Positions 51,163-62,833 of a DNA stretch of 64,000 bases are shown in pieces. Below the pieces are notes generated by a model that saw only the letters and a program-made list of their open reading frames with translations, was not told the DNA's origin and made no database searches. Source of the DNA: Scyliorhinus canicula. Lineage: Eukaryota. The stretch's first letter is position 1, and every line of letters begins with the position of its first letter. The stretch spans positions 192,839,199 to 192,903,198 of the forward strand of contig NC_052146.1 of the NCBI RefSeq assembly GCF_902713615.1. The letters are read 5' to 3'. The translations under genes were made by a program, and so were the position numbers.

Positions 51163-54100
51163 TGCCGAACATGCGGCTTAGCTCCGCATAGCCTGCAACC
51201 GGAAGTCCTACCCAGGCAGTCATTCCTATCGCACACTCCCATAATGATGTAATTTGAAATTACTTCCAATATTACCATTTTACGTTCCACATCAGCCATT
51301 CTAATATTCTTTGCATGCCATTTGCCTACTGAACTGGAAACAAACTATAGGTGAGCTCTGTTAGCTTTGAATATTTATCCCTCCAGCTGATTACCTGGTC
51401 ATGATCACATTGCTTTGTGTGGAAGCTTGCTGTGCTTAAATTGGCTACCGGGTTTCCAATAGTGACTACACCATGGCAGTATTTAATTTGTTGTAGTGTT
51501 TTGGTATATCAAGGGATTGTGAACAGTGCTGTATAAATATAAACTCATTTGTCATTGGGCAAAATCTTTAAGCGTGTTATATTGGATGCTGCTGGTTTAT
51601 CCTGCAGAGTACTGTGTTTGTACTTCAGTGGTTCTTTCAATGGGCTTTTGATGTTTAGAAAAAACAGATACGAGTTTGAGATAGATTTTTGAATCGAAGC
51701 TGCAAAGAAAGTCCGGACTGAGAATCTTCCAGGATAAAATCAAATTTGGCGCATGATAAGAAACGGATTGATCGCTTGGATATTTTGATAGTTTGGGTTT
51801 ACCTTCTAAACATTTTATACTCCGTGATATGTAATCTTTTGAATGGTGTTCTTGTACTTGGGCTAGCGTATTAATATTTACTGGTGGAAATATAGTGTCA
51901 CTTAAGTGACTACTGTAGAACCCCTGCAGTGCAGAAGGAGATAATTTGGCCCATCGAGTCTGCACTAATCCTCTGAAAGAACACTCTACCTAGATCCACT
52001 CTCCCACCCTATACTCGTAACACCACCTAATGTTTGGACACTAAAAGGGCAATCTAGTCTGGCCAATCCATCTAACCTGCATATCTTTGAACATGGGAGG
52101 AAACCAGAGCACCCGGAGGAAACCCACGCCGACACCAGGGGAACTCCACACAGTCACCCAAAGTTGGAATTGAACCGATGTCCCTGGAGCTCTGAGGCAG
52201 CAGTGCTAACCACCCTGTCACTCTTATATTTAAATACTTTATTTGTTGTAATATGCTTTGGGGTGGTGGGAAAGGCAGTGGACAGGTGACGTAAAATTGG
52301 GTCAGAGGTAGATTTTAAAGACCGCCTTAAAGGAAGGAGAACTTGGGAGAGAATCCAGAGCTTAGTGGCCAGAAAGCTAAATGTAGGGTTACAATGCTGG
52401 AGTGATTAAAATTGATCATGCACAAGATATCAAAATTGGAGGACTACAGAGAACTTGGAGAATTATAGAGTTAAGGAGGGGTGAGGCCATCGGGGAAATT
52501 GAAAATTTATAATTTTACAATCAAGATGCTGCAGGATTGGGAACCTAATATAGATCAGCAAGGAAATGGGTGATGGACATTTATATAAATGCATGTTTGT
52601 TCCTTGTTATTACAAAGAATTAATCTCTTGCAACGGCCATGTAATGATTTTAGCCCATTTTCTAGCACATCAGGGATATGGTGACATTTACAGTGAGATT
52701 TAATAGAAGTATTGAAATCATGAAGGGTTTTGCTAGAGTAAATAGGAAATGTTTTCGCTGACATGAAGGGCAATAACCAGAGAATACAGATTTTTTGAAA
52801 AGAAACTATATCAGAATAAGTTACTTTAACACAGTTGAGTTGTTACGATCTGGAATACTTTGCTTGAGAGGCTGATTGAAACAGACTCAGTAGTAACTTT
52901 CAAAAGGGAATTGAATGTATACTTAAAAGTGAGAAATTTTCAGAGCAGTAGGAATAGAGCAGGGGAGCGAGACTAATTGGATATCTCTTTCACAGAAGGA
53001 GCCCAATGGGCCAAATTTCCTCCTCCTGGGCTATAAGGTTCTGTGATTCAGCCCAACGAGCAAAAGATGTTATTGCAGTTTTGCGAGAAGACCTTCTCAT
53101 GACTGTCTTAATTTGATTTCACGGTTTGTCTTTTTGGAATTTGTGTACTGGCCTGTAAACAGGAACTCACAAGATTTGTCCCATGAGCTTTGTAAATTTG
53201 GACAAAATACTCTTTCTCTCTCTCTCTCTCTCTTTCCCCACCCCCCCCCAAAAAAAAAATACCCAGCCCAGCAGTTCTTGTAGAGAAGATATCCTTGGTA
53301 CAGATCTCCATTCGATTTTTCATTGAATTAGAATGCCTAGCTCAATGCAAGCAGTGTTCTATTAACACAGATCTGCATTGCCCATCAGTGATGAGCATAC
53401 ATGTTGATCAAATGACCTGCAGATTTCAGTTGAGTAGGTAAAGGTCATGTAAACAATACTCTTAGAATAGTTGGTAAATCTGTAATATTGGAAGTAATAT
53501 CGAATCACACTATTATATGTGTGATGGGAATAACTCTGTATGCCTGGAGTCGCATTACATATTCAATTATTCTGCCGCCTAGACCGGTTTCTGCTGTACT
53601 CACCTCTGATTGATTGAGGCTGCCAAGCTAAAAGCTGCAGTATTTGCACTTTCCTTCCTGATTCAGTTGGACCTTGAAAGTGCTTCTTTATCAGTATGGC
53701 TTCCCATCAGTCGCCTACCAAAGTTTTTTTGGGTGAGATGGATTATGCAGTTAATTAAACCAATCTTTGGTAACACTAAAGGATTTACCGGATTATTGCG
53801 AGGTCCAGCATCCAATAATGACTGGCAAGATACTTTGTGTTCCAGCACAAAAAGCTGATGCTAACTTGCCTCTTGTTTCAGCCTGGTGCTGATTTATTGC
53901 CGAATCATGGAATCAGTACAGAAGGAGACTCTTTGGCCCATCAAGTCTGCACTGACCCTTTGAAAGAGCATTCCACCACAGTCCACTCCCACACCCTATC
54001 ACAAAACCCTTAACCTAACCTACACATCTTTTGATATTAAGAGGTAATTTAGCTTAGCTAGTCCACCTAACCTGCGCATTTTGTACAGTGGGAGGAAACC

Positions 54101-54406
54101 CATGCAGACACGGGGAGAATGTGCAAACTGCACACAGTCACCCAAGGTCGGAATCAAACCCGGATCCCTGGCACTGTGAGTGCTAACCGCTGAGTGAAGA
54201 TATTGGTCAAATTCTCGGGTATTCACTCACCAACCATTTGGAGTCTCCTTGTTAAAGCTGCACTCTGTTCCTCACATGGTTTTCTTCCCTGTTTTCGGCA
54301 CAGTAAATAATGCAGAACAGAATTACAGATATAGTAAGCTACTGTCTTAGCTTTAGAACATAGAACACACAGTGCAGAAGGAGGCCGTTCGGCCCATCGA
54401 GTTTCA

Positions 54407-54749
54407 GGGGCAGCACGGTAGCATGGTGGTTAGCATTAATGCTTCACAGCTCCAGGGTCCCAGGTTCGATTCCCGGCTGGGTCACTGTCTGTGTGGAGTC
54501 TGCACGTCCTCCCCGTGTGTGCGTGGGTTTCCTCCGGGTGCTCCGGTTTCCTCCCACAGTCCAAAGACGTGCGGGTTAGGTGGATTGGCCATGCTAAATT
54601 GCCCTTAGTGTCCTAAAAAGTAAGGTTAAGGGGGGGTTGTTGGGTTATGGGTATAGGGTGGATACGTGGGTTTGAGTAGGGTGATTATTGCTCGGCACAA
54701 CATCGAGGGCCGAAGGGCCTGTTCTGTGCTGTACTGTTCTATGTTCTAT
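54407..54749 (+). mobile_element. Long HE1-type V-SINE with a CR1-derived (TGTTCTA)n tail, nested in an opposite-strand copy (54354-54918)
   Basis: tRNA head, V-domain and tail gggcctgttctgtgctgtactgttctatgttctat. At most a 4-bp duplication (gagt). Other long-type copies or fragments at about 1-200, 24733-24880, 34183-34493, 36977-37285, 51915-52215, 53905-54190, 55427-55755 and 60221-60387. Confidence 0.9.
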
Positions 54750-57700
54750 GAGTCTGCACCGACCCACTCAAGCCCTCACTTCCACCCTATCCCTGTAACC
54801 CAATAACTCCTCCGAACCTTTTTGGTCACTAAGGGCAATTTATCATGGCCAATCCACCTAACCTGCACGTCTGTGGACTGTGGGAGGAAACCGGAGCACC
54901 CGGAGGAAACCCAAGCAGACGTTAAAATGGAAGATTAACGATCTCCGTGCCTTTGCAAAACATCTCTTCACACAGAAGATTCTCTTGTCAATTTGAGGTT
55001 GTAACCTGTGCACTCCGTGGGTTGGGGGTGGGGGGTGGAGAACCTTTGTGCAATAGTGCAATATTGGTTAAAATCCAATTACTGAGCTCTGAAATGGTTA
55101 ATTCACTGTGCAAATGCATATGCCAAAGTGAGGGTATAGCCATTGGGACACACTGTGAACATAGTTTTAAACTGTAACAATTTGCATTTATGTAAATAAT
55201 CTATTAGTGTCACAAGTAGGCTTGTATTAACACTGCAATGAAGTTACTGTGAAAAACCCCTAGTTGCCACACTCCGGTGCCTGTTCGGGTACACAGGGAG
55301 AATTCAGAATGTCCAGTTCACCTGACAAGCATGTCTTTTGGGACTTGAGGGAGGAAACCGGAGCACCCGGAGGAAACCCACACAAACACGGGGAGAACAT
55401 ACAGACTCCACACAGACAGTGACCCAGGGCTGCACGGTAGCATAGTGGTTAGCACAGTTGCCTCACAGTTCCAGGGTCCCAGGTTCAATTCCCGGCTTGC
55501 GTCCCTGTCTGTGTGGAGTCTGCACGTTCTCCTTTTCTGTGTGGGTTTCCTCGGGTGCTCCGGTTTCCTCCCACAGTCCAAAGATGTGCATATTAGGTGG
55601 ATTGGCCATGCTAAATTGCCCTTAGTGTCCAATGGGGTTGCTGGGTTACAGGTATGGGTGGGGCGGAGTTGTGGGCTTAAATGGGGTGCTCTTTCCAAGG
55701 CCAGTGCAGGCCCGATGGGCCGAATGGCCTCCTTCTGCACTGTAAATGTCTATGAAAGCCGGGAATCAAACCTTGGGGACCCTGGCGCTGTGAAGCAACA
55801 GTGCTAACCGTGCAAAACATCTCCAGTTGCTTCACAGGAGGTATTGGCACCCATGGCCAAATGTTTAGTCAACAAGGTTAGTGTTTTAAAATGTGGAAAA
55901 AGAGTGGAGAGATTCGGAGAGGGGATTCCAAAGCTTAGGACTCGAGCCATCCAAAGACAGCTACCAGTGCTGTGTAATCTGGGAATTTCCAAGAGGCCTG
56001 GATTGGAAGAATGCACAGTTCTATAGGACAGAAAGACATTAGGAGTAAGGAAGGGGGTGAGGCTACAGAAATTTGAAAACCATGATTAGAATTATTTAAA
56101 AATAGAGAAACCAGGAGCCAATGTAGGCCATCAAACACAAATGTTGATGGGTGAATGGGGCTGGGTGCGAGTTAGGAGATGGACATTAGTGTTTTGGTCA
56201 ACTCAAGTTAGGGAAGGATGCTAGATGCAAAGCCTTGTCAAACATGGTTCAAGATCAGGTAGAATCTCATTATTGGAAATTATCCGATTCACCCCCATAT
56301 AGAAGCTGTGGGGGGAGAAACGGTGTAAATAGCAGAGCCAAAAGGCAATGGGCTGGACTTAATGGGGCATCATAGTACCCACACCACTGGCTAAATAGTC
56401 GAATGCCAGCCACAATCCTGATAGTGGCTACACAACCATTTAACACCAGGTGGAATGTTAATTAGTTGTCTTCAGGACTTCTGCCCCTCTCAGGAGGAAG
56501 TTCTGCCTTAGAGTAAAGATGGCCAGCAGCTCTGTAGTTTCAGCAGCATCTGTGGGAACAGTGGCCACAGCTGGGACAACAGGCAATCTTGCCATGCTGA
56601 GGAGCCTAAGTAAGACTGGGGTCACTCTGGAGCCAGGTTAGTTGACCCCAGTGAAGGGGGTGAGGGGCTGGGTCTGTGAGGCAGAGGGTGTTAAAGGATG
56701 GGGCAGTGGCATGGGGACGTTGCCTCTGATCAGCCTGGGGGCCTACAAAAGAAGTTGTAACTGCCCTGCCCAACACCAACTCATGTGCTCAAACCTGCCA
56801 GGCAGGTGGGGCCCTTAAGTGGCAAATGGCAGGCCTCCCCTATTAAATTGAAGTAAAAGAACCGATGGCAGGTATGTGATGGGTATGGATTATTTTGCGT
56901 GCGACCTCCAAGCACGCTGACAGAGGAGCGTGCTATACAGCACAATGGTTTCAGTCTCCCTAATATCTAATTATAGAGACAATTGGACATAGTGCATACC
57001 CAGTAAAAGGGAGTATTTATTATTCATGCCCCAGTGTTGTGATGAGATGGATATTGTTGAATTATGATTGCGATGAGACTCGCTTGCACTTCTCTCTGGC
57101 TGTTTGTGGAAGGACGGCCTTGTGTTTACAAGCTTAACTTTTTAAATCTTTTATCAGTTTAAATTGAATTTACTCCCAACTGTGCAGTAATTGCAGTCAT
57201 ATGTAGGAACGACAATTTGTTCCTCCTTTTGTCCATTTGTTGTTGAAGCCTTTCACCATAAATATTTTCAGAATATAAGTAGTACAGTGAATCCATCAAT
57301 CAGGGAATCCAAGCATATTTCAAGAGATAGAGAGGAGCATAACGTATGGTATGGCAATCTAATGGTTTTGAACTGAACTATGAACCAGGAGTCCCACTGC
57401 AGAAAGTTATGAAATTGAATTCAATAAATCTACTCATTTGTGGCTGGCTGCAGGGCAGTTTACCATGAAGCTGTTAAATCATTGTGACTTGGTTCACTCA
57501 TCCTTCATGAGGTGGGGATCTATTGTCCTTGCCTGGACTGGCCTACTTTGACTCTGGTCCCAGCTCATGTGGTTAACTCTTGATGAGCTCAAGACAACTC
57601 GGGTTGGGTAATGACCGTATGTGCAATGCACATGATTCTCCCACCACACTCCCTGCAATGTATTGTATAGGACATGCATGCTACCTTGTTGAAAGTCATT

Positions 57701-58074
57701 AAGACCCATAATGTGCACAAGTCATACTCCAAGTAGTCAGTGCCCATTTAGGATGTCAGTAAAAGTAACCATGAAGCTTATTAGATTGATGTTCAAAATA
57801 AATCCTCAAATGATGCACTAATGCTCTTCAGGGAAGGAAATCAGCTGTCCATTTTTTCTATTCATTTACAGGATGTGAGCATTGCAGACTAGGCTGCTAT
57901 TTGTGGCCTGTTCAGCATTTATTGCCTTGCCCTAACTATCCTCGTGAAGCCTTCTTGACGGCTGAGTGGTTTGCGAGGTAGATTCAGTCATGGTTAAAAA
58001 TTAATTGCATTGCTGTAAGTCTGGAGTCAGATGTCGACTAGACCAGATAGGAATGGCTGGTTTCCTTCCATAAA

Positions 58075-58459
58075 TGCTGACATTATGAGAAATGTACAGA
58101 ACCATAAGGGTTAATGTTATGTCCGTTTCAAACACTAGAGGGAGCAAGATGCAGACCTATATAAAACATCAATGCTGAGCCTTCTAGGAGAGAGTTGAGG
58201 AGAAGGTTAGCGAACAGACTGTAGGAAAGATAGTGTGAGTAAGAGCAAATCATTGTTATTGCATTAGTGTAGAGATTAGTGATAGATGAGTGTAGATAGT
58301 ATGATTATTGTCAATTGTTTATTATATAGAAGTAAGAGTCTAATTCAATTAAGGAGTGTAAATAAATCTTTAGCTTTGTTTAATATAAAAGCTAGTTGTG
58401 GTCTTTGTGAACCCCTATGCCAACCATCCTAGGATCTGAACTACACAAAGATCACCACA
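58075..58459 (+). mobile_element. Probable solo LTR (Gypsy-like) interrupting a SINE
   Basis: The host SINE breaks at ttccttccataaa and resumes agggccattagtaaacc. TATATAAAA at 58158, AATAAA at 58361, and the element ends caccaca. No clear TSD. Confidence 0.6.
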
Positions 58460-60862
58460 AGGGCCATTAGTAAACCAGGTAGGTTTTTACAATTGATAGT
58501 GACATGGTCACAATTACTGGTACCTACTTTTATTTCAGATTTACCTAACAGAATTAAAATGGGATTTGAATTTGTGTCTCTGATCAGTAGTCCTGGCCTC
58601 TTGATTTCTAGACTGCTCCTATTACTACTATTCTGCCGTTCCCATAATCTTGTCTGGTCTGGCTTATAATATAGCTTCAGTCCCACACCATTGCTGACTC
58701 CTTTGAAATAGCCTTGCCAGCCACTTGCTTGTATCACCACATCCTCAGAGTGACTATGGACAAGCAATAATGGCAGCTTTGACAAATACAAATCCCAAAG
58801 ATGTTTGAAAAATATAATACTATGCCATTTTAGTGACATGGAAGGCTAGTAATGTGGGGGAGTGCCATGGATTTGTTTGAATATTTAAAAAATTTCTTGA
58901 AGCTATGCAATTCTTGTACTTTTTACCTGACGGCCTCATAACTGCCAGAATTTTAATAGATTTCATGAGTCATTGCCTGCTCCAGTACCACCAATCTAAT
59001 TAAAAGAATGATTTATGGTGTTTTTTTTAATATCTCGCTATTTAAAATTCAGGTGGGATAGCTGCGCAGCAAGTCTTGTCGGTGCTGCAGTGTGAAATGT
59101 AGACTAGACTACAGAATGCACCTTCGTATTGATGCCCTTCTTCCTGCTCTGTTTCCTGGCAATGGCCGCTGTGCAGACTAGGCCCATGAGTTTATTGCAG
59201 CCTCTGCTGCCAATCCTGAAGCAGTTCAATTCAGTTCTGGAAAAGCAGTGCATCCTATTGTTACTGTAAGAAAGGAAGAATTATTATTTGAAATACATAG
59301 AATATACAGCCCAGAAACAGACCAAACTGATCCATGCTGATGTTTATGCTCCAAACAAGTCTCCTCCCTTGTTCTCTCTCTCCCTTTATGAATATCCTTC
59401 CTTTCCTATCTCCTCCATGTGTTTATCTAGCTTTCCCTTAAATGCTATTGACCTCATCTGCTCCTAGCATTCTAACTATTTCCTGGGTTAAAGATATTTC
59501 TTCTGATTTGCTTATTGGATTTGTTAGTGACCATCTTGTATTTATGGTCCTTCGAATTGGACTCCGCGACTCGTGGGAACATCATCATAAAAACACAGGA
59601 GGCCATCAGTCCATGGAGACTAGCTCAGCTCTCTAGAGCAATGTGGTCACTCCCATTCTCCCACTCTCTAACCATAGCCCTGCAAGTTTATTTCCCCCAA
59701 GTGTCATCTGATTTCCTTATGAAATCATTCACCATCTCCACTTCCACCACACTTGTACATAGCGAGTTGCAGGTCATTACCACTCGCGATGTAAGGAGAA
59801 CAGCCCCAGCATCTCCAAACTAACTTTATAGCTAAAATCCCTCGGCTCCAGAACCATTCTAGTTAATCTCCTCTGCACCCTTTCAAGGACCCTCGCATCC
59901 TTCCTCAAATGTGGTGACTAGAACTGGGTGCAACATTCTAGTTGTGACCTAACCAGAGCATTAGAAACATCCAGTATGACTTCCCTGTTTTGTACTCCAT
60001 ATCTCCATTTATGAAGTGTATGACCTTGTCTGCTTTGCTAACTATCTCAATATGTCCTGCCACCAGATGAACCACCAGTCTTCTCTGTCCCTGAACACAT
60101 ATTAGAACCCTCCCATTATGTAAATATTGTGTCTCCTTAATACTTCTGTCAGAATGCATCACTTCAAACTTCATTGCATTAAATTAAACTGAAAGTGACA
60201 ATTCCGAAGGTGGAGCCTCTTAGAACAGTACAGCACAGAACAGGCCCTTCGGCCCTCGATGTTGTGCCGAGCAATGATCACCCTACTCAAGCCCACGTAT
60301 CCACCCTATACCAGTAACTCTACAACCCCCATTAACCTTTTTTTTTCAGACACTAAGGGCAATTTAGCCTGGCTAATCCACCTAACCAATCCATCTTGCC
60401 AAGTTTACATGACCCATCCTTCTAATATAACTCTTTCAGCCCTATTATCATTTTGGTGAATCTGCACTGCACCCCCTCCAAGGCAAGTATATCCTTCCTG
60501 AGGCATGATGCCCAGAGCTGACCCGAATCCTCCAGATGGGGTCTGACCAAGCTTTATACAATTGAAAAATCACTTCCTCTCCCTTTGTATTCCAGCCCCC
60601 TTGAGATAAAGGCAAACATTCCATTAGCCTGTTGTCTTTTCGCTAAGATGAACATTTCCTTTCAGGAACATAAATAATAATTGTTGAAATTAGCAGACTA
60701 TTTTTCCCCATATTTTATAAACAAAACCTAATACAAAGATTACAAGTTAGTGGGGAAACTGTTAAAACAATTAAATGTTCAAATGCTTTTAAAGACATGA
60801 TTTATTTTTGCACTGACTCCTTGATTTAGTTCTGATCACTCCATGTTCTTTTTATGTGTTAA

Positions 60863-60910
60863 AGTATTTGAATTGCCTAATACTTGAATTGAGCAATACT
60901 TGAATTGAGC
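60863..60910. repeat. 16-bp tandem repeat (aatacttgaattgagc x2 plus one degenerate unit)
   Basis: Directly visible. Confidence 0.85.
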
Positions 60911-62714
60911 AATTAAAGAAGAACTTAGTGAAAATGTATTTTTTGTATAATCTTTCTGAATCTGTGGTGTATTTTTATATTCTATAACTTTATTTAGGTG
61001 GTCTACAAAACTCCTTAACAAAATGAATTGCACTATGCTATTCTGCTTTTGATGGCCATATTTTAATTTAATTCCTATGATTGCAATTATTGTCCATCCC
61101 TAGTTGCCCAGAGATTTTGATATAACTGTGGACCTTGCTCGGCCACTTCAGAGGGCACATAAGAGTTAACCAGATTAGTGTGAGGACTGGAGTTAAATAT
61201 AAGCCAGACCAAGTAGGTTGCCAGATTTTCTTCCTTCCCTAAAGGACATTAGAGAACCAGTTTATGATAATCCAACTAGTTAAACTGAATTCAATTTTTT
61301 AAATTGCATATTAGGACTTGGATCTCTGAATCACTTGTCCAATAACACTGTATTATCAAAGCATGTCACACTCTGCTTTGGGCTACCTATAGTTTGAACT
61401 TTAAATTCTGTTCCTGTGGTTTTAATACGGCAGTGTGTGGCCACCTGGGTTGGCCACTTCCTGACTTTAAAATGGAGGTCCGCTAAGAATGCAGGGAGAA
61501 ATGGACAGGCACAGGGAAGGAAGCAGATGCAAAGCTTCCTGTGTATTAGAACTTGCAGAAACCCAGACAGCACTGAAACTAACAACCATCTACATATTGA
61601 TGAGCGATCCCCGGGAACAATTGTGGCCATTAACGTTGATAATAAAATCCATGTCTTTCGTGTGCATTGGATGATTTTATCTGCTGTGTGAAAGTAGGTT
61701 AGCTTTCATCTGCTTAAAAGTATGTTTTATTTCCCCCAATCGTGGTTTTGTAAACCCTCCCCATTTAGAGTAATTGGGTACTCTAAATTTATTTTTAAAA
61801 AACAAAAATAAAAAGATAAGATTAGTGGAAATCCAGAACACACTTCCCCAAAGTTCTGGATACTGGAGTTCAATTGAAAATTTCAAAATGTGATCAATGC
61901 ATTTTTGTTGGGTAACGGTCGGGGAATAAAGGTGGGTAAATGGGTTCAAGGTACAGATCAGCCCTCACCTACCAGTAAATGAATGGCAGTAAAGATTGGA
62001 GAGGCTGAATGGCCTGCTCCTCTATGTAACATTATAGGCTGCATCAGGAAACTAAAAACTGATCAGCGTATTCTCTACACCTACATAGATGGGCACATGT
62101 ACACAGGTACATGCATGCACAGATATGCATGTAGACACACGCACAGACACGTAAAGGCCTTATTTTGATACGGGTGGAGAATACTTTTGAATGAAAAATT
62201 GTTGGAGTATTTGTGAATGGAATCAATTTGAAAATGACATGTTCACCTATTCTGGTTGGGAGGTAGGATTTGAGGGCTTCTCAAGGATGTAGTACTGGGC
62301 AGGAGTGTATGGCAGCTGTTGGTTAGCAGTGTGTGAGGGCTGTTGTTTAGCAGCGTACAGTGGTGCGCAGTTTCTCGTAGGTTTTCTGCAATGATTCGTC
62401 TGATCTTCTAGCCTACGTTTGGGGGATGCCCTCCCCTGAAAAATTGTTTGTCTTGTTTGGGGATCCTTCCAGTTACTTCAAGAGATCTGTCCTGAGGGAC
62501 AGTAAAATATTGCAGCCCTTGTGTCTTCACCCTATGATTACTGTCTCTGAGTCAGAGTGTATCTTCACAGTTTAACTTGCAATTTGTGCAATTAGCACCT
62601 GTTCATGAACTAGCAGGGGACAAATGGGATAAATGACCTCCCTCTCTGCTCTATATTCTGTAATATGTATTTTTAACTCTCCCTTTCAATCTTTTGCTCT
62701 TTGATTCCTTACAG

Positions 62715-62804
62715 ATGAGCACCATGCCAGGACTACCCACTCGGCCCTGTTTCTACGATATTGACCTTGATTCGGAAACAGAGCGGATTACAGGATTGTT
62801 CTAA
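62715..62804 (+). CDS. MTHFD1L: MTHFD1L last coding exon: [29 protein letters not shown]
   Basis: Long polypyrimidine tract plus ttacag| acceptor at 62714. Canonical [19 protein letters not shown]...GLF C-terminus with TAA at 62802-62804. Too short to appear in the ORF track. Confidence 0.96.
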   Translation: MSTMPGLPTRPCFYDIDLDSETERITGLF

Positions 62805-62824
62805 AGGCAACAGCTATGAAACCT

Positions 62825-62833
62825 CAGGTATTG
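62825..62833 (+). promoter_or_regulatory. MTHFD1L: Probable splice donor of a 3'-UTR intron (cag|gtattg), 23 nt after the stop codon
   Basis: CAG|GTATTG with the intron starting at 62828. The sequence downstream is CR1 and SINE debris like the other introns. Confidence 0.6.

Larger units (their letters stand above)
45351..51211 (-). mobile_element. Full-length L1-clade LINE (about 5.9 kb), antisense to MTHFD1L
   Basis: Perfect 16-bp TSD ccaggcagtcattcct (45335-45350 and 51212-51227). 5' end GGACTTCCGG, then ORF1, a long inter-ORF spacer, ORF2 (EN+RT), and a 3' UTR with AATAAA and an A-tail. Confidence 0.95.
24131..62714 (+). other. MTHFD1L: 38,584-bp GT-AG intron of MTHFD1L
   Basis: Starts GTAGGT and ends TTACAG. 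The flanking exons join in frame (…PLVGT|MSTMPG…) with no missing conserved residues. Confidence 0.92.

Noticed and set aside
53388-53480. Box C-like GTGATGA as a possible intronic snoRNA
   Set aside because: No suitably placed box D (CTGA) or terminal stem.
59053-59265. Possible extra exon (ag|gtggg…ttact|gtaag)
   Set aside because: Stops in all three frames, a weak acceptor, and no gap in the MTHFD1L protein to fill.
21486-62804. Assignment to cytosolic MTHFD1
   Set aside because: Diagnostic residues ([32 protein letters not shown]) and the very long introns favour MTHFD1L. A phylogeny would settle it.
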